A DNA stretch of 64,000 nt from Octopus bimaculoides (GCF_001194135.2 NC_068987.1:104789835-104853834); one strand, 5' to 3'; positions 26,122 through 41,472 are shown, counted from the first letter of the stretch. Translations and numbers: made by a program. The notes: a model not told the origin generated them from the sequence alone.

Positions 26122-27580
26122 AATTAGAAGACATGTTAACCTCATGAAGGGATGTTTTGAAGCAATACAATTTATCAGAAGTTTTCGACTCAGTATCCAG
26201 TTTAACAGTCCACTCCTATATTCTTGCTGCATTATAACCATATTCCCCAGATAAGAACAGACTAGATAATGAAAATAATTACAAAACAAAATGTTATTTC
26301 GAATGCATTTAACATGTACATTTGAAGCAGTTATGTAAAATGACCATTACATAACATTCTCATCAGTCAACATTTCAAAATATAAAGATGTATAAAAATT
26401 TGCCCTATAAATAGCAGCCCTCTGGACAGTGTTACAAAATCTGCCAAAAAGCAAGGAAGAGGGGATAAAAGAGAAAAAAGATAGAGAAAGAAAGAGGAAG
26501 GGAGAGATATAGAAAGTGAGGAGGAAGGTGAACAAATAAATGAGAAAATAGGTAAATAAATAATTACACAGGCAATAAAACCTCAATCACAAAGCTAAAC
26601 GAGGAAAAGACAAAAGAAAAGTAAAAAAGATATAAAAAAGGAAGAACAGGCACAGGTAAAAATTAGGCACCAGAAGAGAGGTGACAATATAAAGAAGAGG
26701 GCACCATATATAAGATCTACTTACTGATAAAAATTAAAGAAAAATAACACACACACGTTTGCAATCTCATACATATACCTACCATAATATATTTGATGGC
26801 CACGTATATAGAAAACAGAGAGGAGGGAGGGAAAAGAAAGCCAGAGGATTTCCACAAAGTATAACTTTAAACATACTAAGATGAGTAGAATAACAAGGCA
26901 TGTTAACAGAGAATTCAAAATAATTTAAAGTAAATATAGATAAGAACTACAAAATATAAGATTGAATAAAATAAAATAATGTAATATAAGATAAGATGAG
27001 GCAAAGGATAGAGATAAAAAGTATATTGTGGAATGATGTGAAGTGAGATTTTGAACGATATGATTTAGAAAATATTTATTTAGGATATAATATGATGAAA
27101 TCCACATTAATGTGTAAGCAACATAGTTATGAAGTAACTATTCAATGTATAAGTCTGAGAGAGTCCGATAAGAAAAAAAAGTATTTTATACTAGGAATAT
27201 TTAATGTGAAAGAAGTCTATGTGAACAGTTGTGCTTAGTAGAGGTATCCTAAATATGCTGAATCCACTGACTCAAGAATGAAACTTGCTTAGGAAGTTCA
27301 AACTCAGGTTCAAAATATTTTACAAACAAGGTTTTGTTTTTTTTATTATTTATTTTTGTTCTTAGTTTTTTGAGAAGAAACCTAACTCCAAGCTACCTTT
27401 TACAGATCACTCTTTACACAATGTTTTCTAAATCTGAGAAAGAAAGAACTCAAATTTTGATTTTGCACCCAAAAAAGTTTTAGGATGTGCACATGCACCT
27501 CCTGTTCTTGGGCCAATAGTTGAATCCTCATCAGTTTTCAGAAACAAAGTAATTTGGTCTTTGATCATGTTAATGTTTTG

Positions 27581-27655
27581 GATTAGATGTTCAAGGGATT
27601 AGATGTTCAAGGGATTAGATGTTCAAGGGATTAGATGTTCAAGGGATTAGATGTT
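27581..27655. repeat. perfect 16-bp minisatellite (GATTAGATGTTCAAGG) x4.7
   Basis: Identical head-to-tail units with no spacers. Confidence 0.95.
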
Positions 27656-27940
27656 AATTGTGTAAGAGATACTGTGAGTCTGAGGAAAACAATAGCCAGG
27701 AAAGCTTCTCAAACCATCTAATATACAATAAAGGACATAGATTTTAAAGTATTAAATATAAATATGAAATATACCATATATAGGCATTAATAAGAGCATC
27801 CAACCATAGAAAGCATGCCAAAGCTGACATAGGTACAATGCAGCCCAAGGCTTGCCAGACCCTACCATACCACCCAACCCATGTCAGCATGGAAAATAAA
27901 TGTTAAATGGTGATGATGATGATGATGATGATAATGATGA

Positions 27941-28430
27941 TGTCACCCCAACAATTCAGTGCATGACAGTGCAGTGCTGACAATTCAGAGCTGACAATTC
28001 TGCACATGCCAATTAAGTGCGAGAATAATTCAGCACATCTTTGCCATTTTGAAGTTTTCTATCTAAATGATAGCAAAATCCATTTAATAAAATCTGTTCG
28101 TGCTTTTTCTCTGATAAAATCCACTCCATAGGGCTTGTTTTTTTTATTTTCAAATTAGTAAAATGTTTGTAACCAAGTGGAATCCTAAAAAGGAAAAAAC
28201 TACCATCCTAGGTTTGAAAAATAATAGTAATGAAATGGTATACTTGTATAATTAGAAAAAGGGTTTTGGAGGCTATCTAAAACATTAACACTTATTCATG
28301 AAGTTAAAAAGTTTAGAAAATTTCAAAACAAAATAAATTAAATTTCATATACACATAAACACAATGCACTGAAGTGTCACATGTGGAATTGTTGGTGTTG
28401 AATTTTCAGGTGCAGAATTGTTACTTCACG
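27941..28430. mobile_element. possible MITE with modular ACAATTC subterminal inverted repeats
   Basis: Repeated ACAATTC(A/T)G units at the left end, GAATTGT units at the right end. Confidence 0.35.
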
Positions 28431-28541
28431 ATGATATATATATTGTTGTGGTCATAAGAATTTCTAAACTTTCAACAGAACATGAAATAATTCTATTTTT
28501 GGAATAGTGAGTCTCAAAGCAGATGATAAGGCTATAAATAA

Positions 28542-28588
<47 letters not shown>

Positions 28589-28769
28589 TATATATATACA
28601 CACACACACGCACACACGCACACACAACAAAATTTTATATAGAGCTACCCAAGGTTTCACACGCACAAGGCACAAAACCTTGGGTAACTCTATATAAAAT
28701 TTTGTTGTAATAATTACTGATCTATTTTTTACAGTGTGCTTCTCTCTGATATGTTTCTTTATTAACTAT

Positions 28770-28835
<66 letters not shown>

Positions 28836-29224
28836 ATATATATATAATAAATTAGATTGCAATATTTCATAAAAGTACATCTGACTATTTATGTTCATTT
28901 TCAAAGGAATCGGGGAAATGGTATTTTCCTGGGATATAGGTGGAAGCTGATGAAGAATGAGCAACTAGTGATGGAAAATTTGCCTTAAATTTTGGCTGAC
29001 CTATTCAACCATGAGAAAGCATATATTGAGAAGATGATGGTGGTGGTGGTCTACATTATTTAAGCTACCCACATAACAAATCAATGTACACAATATGAGA
29101 ATCATATGTAATGTACAGAGTCTGCAACTTGACAATAATATTCTTAACCAGTTGGACACCTTCATGATGTTTTGATAATTATGTTGTTTTGTCAAAGTTC
29201 TTTTATTTATAAATAAACATTATG

Positions 29225-29285
<61 letters not shown>

Positions 29286-29570
29286 TATAGCAAGAGAGAG
29301 AGAGAGATATATATATATGTATATATAGATATATCGCTGATGTCATAAGAATTTTGAAATTTCAAGAGAACATAAAATAATGTTGTCTTCAACTTTTTCT
29401 ATCAAAAGGTTTTAACTCAATATTTACTTGCAATTATTTATAGCTTTATCTGCTTCATGTTTCATCATTCCCAAAAAGAATATATATATGTATATATATA
29501 TATATATATATAATGTGTGTGTGTGTGTTTGTGCATGTATCTTCCTCTGTGTGTGTGTATATATATATCT

Positions 29571-30520
29571 CTTAGGTCCTCTTGCACCATGTGGTGTATT
29601 GGGCAGCAAGGCTTCTCCAATGTGGTCAGTTGGCCTTGGTGATTTCAATGGCCTTGAGGTCATCGATAAAGGTGTGGTGCCAAGTCACCTTTGATTGCCC
29701 TTGTTTTCTCTTGACATGCAGTGGCTTCCCCAGAATGGCAGTTTTCACATGCCATGATGGATGATAGTAATCAGAGGACATGGCCTGCGAATTGCAAGCA
29801 GCACACAGTGACATCATGGAGTGGATGAGTATCAGTTCGGTGATGTATCTCATCGTTGGTGATGTGTTGCTGGTATGATATTCGCAGTATTTGCCGGAGG
29901 CATCTTGGCTGAAATACATTGAGCCTTCACACGATCTTTGCCAATGTCTTCCATGTTTCCGCCACATACATGACCGATGGTATGACGATGCTGTTGGAGA
30001 GGTGCCCTTTGATCTTGGTGGAGATCGCCCTGCCTGTCCAGATGGGTTTGAGTATTTGAAAGACAGCTGAGGCCTTCCCAATCCAGCCGGCAAGGACACG
30101 TCTGGCATCACCGTCGTTGGCAACAATGCTGCCCAAATAGGTGAACTCAACAACTTCCTTGATTTGATGCTGTCCAGTCATCAAGGCGATGCCATTGTTG
30201 TTCCCATCGACATATCCAATCTTCATGATCTTTGTCTTGTTTGCACTTATGCGGAGTCCAATCTTGGCCACCTCCCGTTCCAATCTCTCTGTCATTGTGT
30301 GAATGACATTCTTCATTGCTCTGAGGAGTACGATGTCATTGGCAAAGTCAAAGTCAGTTAGACGCCCCGACCCACACCACAAAATCCCAAATCCACATTG
30401 GCACCATAAGAAATAGAAGGGATAGAATGAACCTCGCTGTACACTGGTCTCAATCACAAAGTAGTTGGTGTAGCCCATCTCATTTCAAACATAGCACCTA
30501 GACTCACAGCAAAGGCTCCA
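29571..30520 (-). mobile_element. RTE-clade LINE, 5'-truncated RT remnant
   Basis: RLTDFDFANDIVLL (YADD-like), IGLRISANKTKIM, VEFTYLGS, YVAETW, FAGHV, then AGGACCTAAG 3' end. Frameshifted. Confidence 0.9.
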
Positions 30521-32195
30521 GGAATGCCAAAGTCATGAGCAATGCACCACAACAAACATTATCATTGTTTACATTTTAACAGCCACTTTTCCATACTGTT
30601 ATTACTGCACTCTTCTTAATCCTTGATTGTCTCATCTGTTTCACATCATATAACCAGCTTACCAATGCAGCCACCTCTCTTCTATGTATCTGCTAATCCT
30701 TTTAATACGTAGATGGCCACCCTCTCCCTCTCTCTCTTTCATACACACAAACTGAAGTTTTGTCACTGAATATGTACATACGACATCAGCATTATGAATC
30801 TTGGAACATTCCCACCAAAACTTCTACCATACACAAGAATAAAGCCTTATGTAGATTTCTGAAACAGAAAAGAAAACCTATGTGCAGCCATGGGGACCAG
30901 CTGCCTTACAAATGTGAACATTTCTTCAATTATCAATAAAAAGAGAAAATATTTACAGAAAATTATTTCAAAGGATACTGCTTCTCTACCCAGACTATAA
31001 ATCCAGATCTATACCTATAATTATTTATGTGCATGGTTTAGCAAATAGCATACATTTATGAAAAAGTAAAAATCTCAAAAGATTAGGACTTTCAAGCTAT
31101 GAAAGTAACTAACACTCTTTATAAAAACAATCTGTAAAGCATTTATCAATTCGTTTTGCAAGTTTCCTGATGTAAAGTCGTATGTTGAAACAGATATTGT
31201 TGTATTTTGGGATGGTCATTTTTTTCTTTTTTTTGTGTGTGGTAAGTAGCTTCTCACCAATTACATGGTCCCAGGTTCAGTCCCACTGCATGGCACCTTG
31301 GGCAAGAGTCTTCTACTATAGCCTCGGGCCAACCAAAGCCTTGTGAGTGGATTTGGTAGATGGAAACTGGAAGAAGCCCGTTGTATATGTATATATATAT
31401 ATATATTTATATATGCATGTGTGTGTATTTGCTTGTGTGTCAGTTTGTTCCCCCAGCATTGCTTGACAACTGATGCTGGTGTGTTTGCGTCCCCTGTAAC
31501 TTAGTGGTTTGGCAAAAGAGACCGATAAAATAAGTACTAGGCTTACAAAGAATAAGCTCTGGGGTCGATTTGCTCGACTATAAAGGTGGTGCTCCAGCAT
31601 GACTGCAGTCAAATGACTGAAACAAGTAAAAGAGTAAATAAACACACACACACTATATATTTTAGTTTATTACTGTTCTTATTTTATTATTATTATAACA
31701 TGTCCATTGTCCAGAAACCTTTTGTCACACATCTGTGACCTCTTCAGTGGTACTTTTCATTTTCATGTGTGTTCTTGCTCCACTTACTCCATTCTGCTCT
31801 TCTAAGATGAGTATCCTTATATGCGCTTGTGTCCATGTGTGTGTGTGTGCATGTGTGTGTGCTTGTGTGTATCATAGTTTTCAGCTTAACAGTAAAAATA
31901 TGCATGTTCTAAAATTTCAGAGGTTTTGTAAAGTTCAACAGGTCAAACTCGTAACTTTTGTAGTTCAATTACCAGCAACGTTGCTTTTGTTTCTTTCACA
32001 GAAATTAATTCCTTCCTTGTAGGAAAAATTCAGGAAATTCAGGTTATGTATAGTCATACAAAATATATATTTTTTTCTTTTATTCTTTTAATTGTTTCAG
32101 TCATTTGACTGTGGTGCCATGTGTCATGCAGTGGGACTGAACTCAGAACCATGTGGTTGAGAAGCAAGCTTCTTACCACACAGCCACTCCTGTGC

Positions 32196-32239
<44 letters not shown>

Positions 32240-34384
32240 CGATGACTACTGACCGAGACCTTTGGAAATGTGCTGTGCGTGAGAAGACCCGGCAAGCCAA
32301 GTGAGATCGTTGCCAGTGCCCCTGGACTGGCTCTTGTGTGGGTGGCACATAAGATGCACCATTTTGAGCGTGGCCGTTGCCAGTACTGCCTGACTGGCCT
32401 TCGTNNNNNNNNNNNNNNNNNNNNNNNNNNNNNNNNNNNNNNNNNNNNNNNNNNNNNNNNNNNNNNNNNNNNNNNNNNNNNNNNNNNNNNNNNNNNNNNN
32501 NNNNNNNNNNNNNNNNNNNNNNNNNNNNNNNNNNNNNNNNNNNNNNNNNNNNNNNNNNNNNNNNNNNNNNNNNNNNNNNNNNNNNNNNNNNNNNNNNNNN
32601 NNNNNNNNNNNNNNNNNNNNNNNNNNNNNCAAATTTAGATTGGAGCCTGGTGTTGCCATCCGGTTTCACCAGTCCTCAGTCAAATCGTCCAACCCATGCT
32701 AGCATGGAAAGCGGACGTTAAACGATGACGATGACGATGATGATATATAAACACATTACTATATCCGCACACAAACACACCCACATATATTTATAATCAA
32801 CATCATCACTAGCACCCCTACTATCATCACAATTTATTCTAATATTTGTTTGTTTTTTTCCACTTCATGATGGTTTGGCTGAGTTTTCAATACAGTGTAT
32901 CTTTTCTTATTTCTATGTTATCTAATCTATAAGACCAAACATTCTCAGATTCCACTCTATTTAAAACTTCCAGAATCTTCCTCATTCTACACCTGCCTTG
33001 GATGAGAAATCTCTGATCTACATCTGCTCTCTCTTTTATATTACTTGACATTGCCTTTTCAAGTGAAAATTCGTTATCCATTCACATTAGAGGGTCATAT
33101 AAACATTGGAAACATAATTGTCTCTCTACTACATACATCTCTTCACGACAAATATTCCAGCATCATCCATTTGCACCCCAGTTTCAGTGGCCTTTTAATT
33201 GTCTTATGTATTTCTTTGCTTCTAATATTCTTCTCTTTTACTTGTTTCAGTCATTTGACTGCAGCCAGACTGGAGCACTGCATTTAGTCAAACAAATCAG
33301 GACTTAGTCTTTGTAAGCCTAGTACTTATTTCATCAGTCTTTTTCGCCGAACTGCTAAGTTACAGGGACATAAACACACCAACATCAGTTGTCAAGCGAT
33401 GGTTTTTTGAGGAGTACAAATACAGAAATACACACAAATACACACACACACATATATATATGTACGACAGGCTTCTTTCAGTTTCCATCTACCAAATCCA
33501 CTCTAAAGGCTTTGGTCGACCCAAGGCTATAGAAGAAGACACTTGCCCAAGGTGCCATGTGGTTGGGAAGCAAGCTTCTTAACACACGGCCATATTGTGA
33601 ATAATCTCTTGGTACTTTCATAATTGCAGGCAAGTTCAAGCATCCAGTCATTAGCATTCTCTTATTATCATAGTCATTATCATTATTATTATTATTATTA
33701 AGGCAGTAAGCTAGTAGAATCGTTAGCATGTTCAGCAATATGCTTAGCCGCATTTCATCCATTTTTACATTCTATTCAGAGTTCAAATTCTGCCAAGGTC
33801 AACTTTGCTTTTCATCCTTTTGGGGGTCAATAAAATAAGTACCAGTTGAGAACTGAGCGGGGGGTGGGGGGCAATGTGATTGACTTACCCCACTCCTTCA
33901 AAATTGCTGGCCTTGTACCAACATTTTTAATCTTTATTATAATTATTATTATTATTATTAAGGCAGCAAGCTGGCTGATTCATCAGCACACTGGACGAAA
34001 TGTTCAGCGGCATTTCGTCCACTCTTTTCTGATTCAAATTCCGCTNNNNNNNNNNNNNNNNNNNNNNNNNNNNNNNNNNNNNNNNNNNNNNNNNNNNNNN
34101 NNNNNNNNNNNNNNNNNNNNNNNNNNNNNNNNNNNNNNNNNNNNNNNNNNNNNNNNNNNNNNNNNNNNNNNNNNNNNNNNNNNNNNNNNNNNNNNNNNNN
34201 NNNNNNNNNNNNNNNNNNNNNNNNNNNNNNNNNNNNNNNNNNNNNNNNNNNNNNNNNNNNNNNNNNNNNNNNNNNNNNNNNNNNNNNNNNNNNNNNNNNN
34301 NNNNNNNNNNNNNNNNNNNNNNNNNNNNNNNNNNNNNNNNNNNNNNNNNNNNNNNNNNNNNTTATTATTATTATTATTATTATT

Positions 34385-34914
34385 ATTGAGTGAGAGAGCA
34401 GTACATGCCATCAAAGTGACACTGGGGTAAAATATACGAAGCCCAATATACCCATCATGACTACCCGTCTGATAAGGGTACACCAGACACATGCACCACA
34501 ACCATATGTGCGTGACATGGTGATCCCATATCAAGATAAACAGCGCATGACCTCGCAGGAGGGGCCCAGTTAGAATCTTCTTCAGGTCGAGTAGCCCATC
34601 CCGCTCAAAAGGTCTTTGTTTAAGGATGTTGAACAAAACACCCATGTTTCCAAGGGTGAATTATTCAAACCGCAAATAATTCCTCTCAACACATGGCTAT
34701 GATGCTCCCCAACTACTTCTCATGATCAGAGATGCACATATCATCAGCCACTAAGGGACATGCTCAACTGGTTAAGGTCAAAAATTGACAAGCAAATCTG
34801 TGGTATTAAGCAGAATATTTGCTGCAGCCCATCTTTTATACCAAGACAAACCAATGTACTTCCAATCAGTTAAGATCAGAAGCTATGAGAGCCACTGCCT
34901 GGTACTACATCCAG

Positions 34915-34915
<1 letters not shown>
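34385..34915. repeat. unclassified interspersed repeat, about 530 bp
   Basis: Higher-GC block bounded by (TTA)n tracts on both sides. No protein motif recognised. Confidence 0.4.
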
Positions 34916-34955
<40 letters not shown>

Positions 34956-36319
34956 TGAGTTAGCTTCTTTAGATCATGAGCCTGTTGGAAATTTTTGCTG
35001 GCAAACAACAATCCTAAATAATCAAAACCTTTGTTTTGATAATTTGAGGAAAACGGAATAATAACTTGCTAATGATTAAAATTTTATTTACCATTTAACA
35101 TTTAACATAATTAGACAAATCGTTCTCGGTTTCAACCAATTTTCTACACTTAAAGCTAATTAGACTTCTACACATACAGCTAATTAGACTTCTACTTTTC
35201 ATGCATATAGGTGCAGGCATGATTGTATAGTTAAGATGCTTAATTTGCAACCATGTGGTTTCAGGTTCAGTCCCACTTTGCTGCACCTGAGCTGACCTTT
35301 TGAATGAATTTGGCTAATGTAAACTGTGAGAAAGAACAGTGTGTGCGTGTGTGTGTGTGTGTGTGTTGCGTTTTTACCCCACCATTTGACAACTGGAGTT
35401 GATTTGTTTAATTAAACCCTTCAAGCAGTGCTCCAGAATGGCCACACTCCAGTGAGCAAAGCAAGTAAACGATAAAAGATAAGGACTTGCAAGAAGTGGC
35501 AAACATGTCATATCCTACTGTAATGCAAAAGGGAAGGGCACATATGAATGTGTATTCCCAGATATTCTTGAAAAGGCAGGATAGTCTTGGCTGGAATGTC
35601 TTTGATCCTCTCAATAAAAGCTGATCTGGGACTTAACAGTCACAACATCTGATTAGTTCAACAACTGACTTAAATAACGACTTATATTGGTGCTTTCAAC
35701 CTCTTAGCAAATATCTCTGGGGATCATACATATTCCTTTGTCTTATTTTTAATTACTTTACTCTCTGTTTTCTGTTTGATCTTCATAGCTGATCCTTCCT
35801 TTAGTTTCACTTAAGGTAACTCTTACAATTCTTCTATTATAGCCAAAGGTAAATGAAGTATATTATGACTGGCACATCTCCCAAATGACAAACTGATTCA
35901 TATTGAATTCAATCTCAACATTTGAGGCAGTTCATTCCCTCAGTCTGGAAATATCTTCTGCATTCTTCACTTATCACAGTTTATTTAGTTTGGCTGGAAC
36001 ATTGCTTGGTTAAGAAGTTTGCTTCCTGACTACACAGTTTCAGGTTCAGTCCTGCTGCATAGCACTTTAGGTGTCTTCTTTTATAGCCCTAGGCTGACCG
36101 AAGTCTTTTGAATGGATTTAGTAGATGGAAACTGAAAGAAACCCAACCACTTTACAAGCTGCAATGGGAAACACCAAATAATGAGAGGAAATTGTGAGCA
36201 AAATAGGAGCAACATTTATTGATGCATGTGAAACATGTAGATAATTGTTTCAAAGCCTTCTTCTTTAAGACTTAAAATTCAAACTTAAATTCTAAGATGT
36301 TTAAAACTCATATCTGGAT

Positions 36320-36467
36320 GACTACAACAATGATGACAACAACAATGATGACAACAACAATGATGACAACAACAATGATGACAACAACAATGATGACAAC
36401 AACAATGATTACAACAACAATGATGACAACAACAATGATGACAACAACAATGATGACAACAACAACA
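36320..36467. repeat. 15-bp minisatellite (ACAACAACAATGATG) about x10
   Basis: Near-perfect units; produces the TTTMM and CCHHC ORFs. Confidence 0.95.
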
Positions 36468-36599
36468 GTAATTCATGATCTCATATCCTGTACAGCACCT
36501 GTTATTGAAATTTTTGAGGTTAAAAAACCAACAATAAATAAAGGAAAAAGTCCCATGGTGGGGACAAAAATTTGGGAACCAAATTGAGCATTTCCATAG

Positions 36600-38060
36600 A
36601 GACCTTGGAAGAATGAATGCAACCATAGAAAAGATGGTGAGAGAACAAATTGCAAAGAGAGTACATTTGACACAAAAGGATTACACAATTATAGAAGACT
36701 TAAGGCAAAAATCAAAGCAATGTCCAGTAAAACACACACACACATACCAACAGAGAACGAACCAGTACCAACAGAACTGGCTCTTCAAGAACAAGAGAAA
36801 ATTCAACCAACAGCTGGAAAATGAAGATGAACATCATGGAAATGATAATCCAGATGCTGAAACAGCAAGATAATTTTGGTCAGAAATTTGAAGCAAAATC
36901 CAACATAATATAGAAGCAGACTGGATATGGAAATTTGGAAAAGAAATGGAAAATGGAGCAAAATAAGAAAATATAATTATCCTAGATATGAAAGAGATGA
37001 TATTGAGATACTCTGCAATGGACAAAGGCTGAGCTACAGAAATTTGAAAGTAGAACAAGAAAGCTGCTCACAAAGCATGGAACGCACCAACCTAAAAGTA
37101 ACATAATCAGACTCAACCTACCAAAAGACAAGGAAGGAGGCAGCAGACTGCTTCATTAGTACTGTGATACTGAGTTTGAAAGATTAATTATGTCGTATAT
37201 AGTAGTGAAAGAATATTATCAAGAGCTACAGATATCCAGAAACTTACTGAAAAGAGCAGAATTCAAGTATAGAAGGAAGAACAACAGAGCAAGCAGACAT
37301 GGAATTACATGGCCGATTCAAGCAACAAACCAAGGATGTTGAAAGTAAAGAATGCTTGTTATGGCTGATGGACAGAAACCTGGAACAAGAGACTGAAATA
37401 CTGATTATAGCCATTGAGATACAAGTCGTTAAGACAGATTTAACAAAGACAAAGATCAACAAAACTCAGTTGGAGAGCAAATGCAGAATCTATGGGAAAG
37501 GAGATGAAAGTATCAATCATTTCTTGAGTGAATGCAGTAAGCTGCAACAAAAAGAATACAAGGGCAGACATAATTGAGAAGGTAAAAGAGTGCAATTAGG
37601 ATATTAGCTAAATGTGTGGCTTAGAAATGACAGAAATGTGGTATGAACACAAACCAAAGGCCGTAATAGAAAAAATGAATTACAGGATTCTATGGGACCT
37701 CTCCATAAAGACCAACCATACTGTTGAATCAAGAAGACCAGATATGATTATAGAGAAAAAAAAACAAACAATGTAAGATCATAGACTTGGTAATTCCCTA
37801 TGATAACAGAATTGATACAAAAGAAACTTTCAAAAAACTGAAAATCATCAGAATCTAACCAATGAGCTGAAGTAACTAAAGTTCCTATGGTAATAGGTAC
37901 ACTTTGCACAACACCTAATATGCTACCTTAGAGACTGAATAGGGTTTAAATTGGAACTTGCATTGTTCACCTGCAGAAAAGTACCATCTTATATTCTGCA
38001 AAAATCCTAAGAAACTTTCTTGGAATTTGGGGAGACTTGTCATCACACCTCAAGATAAAA
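36600..38060 (+). mobile_element. degenerate R4/R2-superfamily (RLE-endonuclease) non-LTR retrotransposon, 3' part
   Basis: MELHGRFKQQ, CRIYGKGDESINHFLSECSKL (decayed CCHC knuckle) followed by KGRHN, WYEHKP, ILWD and SRRPDMI (PD-D endonuclease). Many stops and frameshifts. Confidence 0.8.
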
Positions 38061-39509
38061 TTCCTGCTAATTAGATTAGCATGTAATAGCTTAATGAGAA
38101 GAAGAAAAATTACTACTACTATTATTATTATTACAATTCTAATACATCAAAATTAAAAATACAAGGAAGAGGTATAATGCACGATATGAGAGCAAGAAAT
38201 ACTCAAACAAAAGACAGTGAAGAGAAATATTTTTTGCTTCTGCAATTGTTATGATGGGATGAGAGAAGATATTTGCTAAAGCAAGGCAACAGATGAAGAG
38301 CTACCCACCTGTTGTAACCAAAGACGTGTGATATTTAATCACTGATGTATCAATCAATTTAACTTTGTTTCCGTTATGCAAACATTGGGAACAAAAATTA
38401 TGTTTGTCTATTCAATAAAGAAAAATAATAACGTGAGTGATTCAACACCCAACAACACTATAGCAGGATCAATTCAGCTTAATAGCCTATTCTCTTCTGA
38501 TGGCAGCATAATTGGCAGCTTACTAGTTATCCTGTTCAGTGAGCTAAATGATACTATAACTACAGCTAAAAGCCAACATGCTTTCAAATGAAAACCCATT
38601 AGTTTTAAATCCTGAATCTTTGAAAAACACAGCAACAATAAAAGAGTTTTTGACCTTTAATAGTAACACTAAAAGTCAGTTAATTGGGGTTCCTCTACAA
38701 CTAGTAGTTATTTATATTTGAAGTAGGTATGCTGGAAATAAAGGTTTAAATTAAGGCGTTCGTATCTGTTGAACTATTTACAGCAGCTTTAGACATTGTA
38801 GTTTTCCACAACCCCGAGAATTCTTAAATACTTTTAACAATTCTATTTTTGTCCTAAACTTTTCAATGATTTCTGCTTTTAATTGTTGCCTTCTGTTGGA
38901 TTTGATCTCAAGTCCAGTAGGATATGAATTTACTCTGAACCATCTTCACAGATATTTTGTCCTTTAAATCAAATTTCACTTGCAATGATAGGCACAGGCA
39001 TGGCTGTATGGTTAAAAAGCCTGCTTCCCAACCATTTGGTCTCAGGTTCTGTCCCTTTGCATGGCACCTTGGGCAACTGTCTTCTTTAGATGACATTACA
39101 ATAAAATATGATTTTACTCGTATGTCAATTATCAGTTATATTAGAAAACACAGAAAAGGCATTCCAACCATAACCACCCAACAATTTATGAATATTGGTA
39201 GTAAGGGGGAAGTCTGAATTTTTGCACAGACACACATTAAGATTTCTGTCATTGCTCTTTCTAAGTTCAAATGTAAATATTATGAAGTCCATTTGCCCCC
39301 GTTTGATGAACCTTCTTTAAATTATGCCTCAAGAATAAACTCTGTACATCAACCCACAAGGTGAAATATTATCACCTCCTCAAATCCAGAATGACAAATA
39401 GGCATTGTTATCATTAATTCCTGCCATTGCAAAATCCTCAGGCTAGCCAAAGCCCTGTGAGTGGATCTGATGGACAGAAACTGAAAGGCAGCAAGCTGCC
39501 AGAAACGTT

Positions 39510-39695
39510 AGGGGGCCGGGCGAAATACTTAGTAGTATTTCGTCTGCCGCTACATTCTGAGTTCAAATTCCACCGAGGTTGGCTTTCCCTTTCATCCTTT
39601 CAGGGTCGATAGATTAAGTACCAGTTATGCACAGGGGTCAATGTATTCGACTTAACCCCTTTGTCTGTAGCCCCTTGTGGGCAATAAAGAAATAA
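39510..39695 (+). mobile_element. tRNA-derived SINE family A
   Basis: Same head, B-box and body as the other copies. Confidence 0.75.
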
Positions 39696-41058
39696 GGAAC
39701 TGAAACAAGCCCTGTGTGTGTGTGTGTGTGCGTGTGTGCGTGTGTGCGTGTGTGTGTGCGTGTGTGTGCGTGTGTGTGCGTGTGTGTGCGTATGTGCGCG
39801 TGTGTGTGTGTGCGCGTGCNNNNNNNNNNNNNNNNNNNNNNNNNNNNNNNNNNNNNNNNNNNNNNNNNNNNNNNNNNNNNNNNNNNNNNNNNNNNNNNNN
39901 NNNNNNNNNNNNNNNNNNNNNNNNNNNNNNNNNNNNNNNNNNNNNNNNNNNNNNNNNNNNNNNNNNNNNNNNNNNNNNNNNNNNNNNNGTGTGTGCGTGT
40001 GCGTGTGTGTGTGCGCGTGTGTGTGTGTGTGTGTGCGCGTGTGTGTGCGTGTGTGCGTGTGTGTGCGTGTGTGCGTGTGTGTGTGTGCTCTTGTCTGTAA
40101 ATCAAATATTGGGTGAGTTCAGGATTCAGCATCACACATGTTAGGTTGTTCATTTCCAGTCTTCTGCTAGGATCATGTCTGGGTATGGGGAAGATGCTTC
40201 ATTTCTTGGAGCTAGGTGGGGGTTAGCAACAGGGATGGCATCCAGCCTTTGAAAATCTGCCTTAGCAAATCCAGTCTGGCACATACAAGCACGGGAAAGT
40301 AGATGTTGAATTATGATGTTAATGAATGAAGTCACGAGGAAATGATTCAATAGTCACCTGATTTCCTTTGGGAAATTTTCCAAGCATGTTGCAGTGAAAC
40401 ACCAATGGTATTTGTTTTGTTTTTAAAACTTTTTCCCTTTTTGTGGTACAAAAAATACAAAAGTAGTGTTGTTCTTATTATCAACGAGTTAATTTGTCTC
40501 AAATTGTTAGTGTGTGCAAGTCTTTCGCGTTGACTAATGACATAGCTATGTGCAAGTCAACAAAAAAATAATTAAAATCATCAGATAAACAAATAACTGG
40601 AAATTACATTTAATGTATCTTTGTTTATTAATTAGACTAGCCAATTAGCTAATTGAATTTCTGAGATAAATAAAAGCAAAATTAATTTAATCTGAGGCCT
40701 TTCCTAGAAACTTTCCGAAACTTATTCAAGGAATCTAATCTGTTATTTGCTTGTCAATCCCAGGATATATTTTTAGATTTAAAGAAAATGCTTAATTGAA
40801 ATAACAAGGGTATAACTTTGAAAGCAAATGACAAGGACATTTTATGTCAACATAAGAGCTGATTATTACCATCATCATCATCATCATCTTAATTTCCACT
40901 TTTCCATGCTTGTGCAGATTAGATAGTATTTGTTGGGGTTTGATATGTTTTCAAAAAACTGGAAATAGATGACACTGCTTGTATGACAGTGACACTTGTT
41001 TACAGCTCAAATGCAATAACAAGACAAGAGAACACATACATATTCTGTTACTCTAATT

Positions 41059-41434
41059 CTTTTACTTGCTTCAGTCATTTGACTGTGGCCATGCTGGAGT
41101 ACCACTTTTAGTCGAATGAATTGACTCTAGGATTTATTCTTTGTAAGCCTAGTACTTATTCTATCGATCTCTTTTGCCAAACTGCTAAGTTACAGGGACG
41201 TAAACACACCTGCATCAGCTGTCAAGCAATGATGGGGAGACAAACATAGACACACGAACATATGCATATGACAGGCTTCTTTCAGTTTCCATGTACCAAA
41301 TCCACTCACAAGGCTTTGGTCGGCCTGAGACTATAGTAGAAGACACTTGTCCAAAGTGCCATACAGTGGGACTGAACCCAGAACCATGTGGCTGAGAAGC
41401 AAGCTTCTTATCACACAGTCATGTCTGCCTATGC

Positions 41435-41472
<38 letters not shown>

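Noticed and set aside
27581-27655. CRISPR-like array
   Set aside because: No spacers, no cas genes, eukaryotic context.
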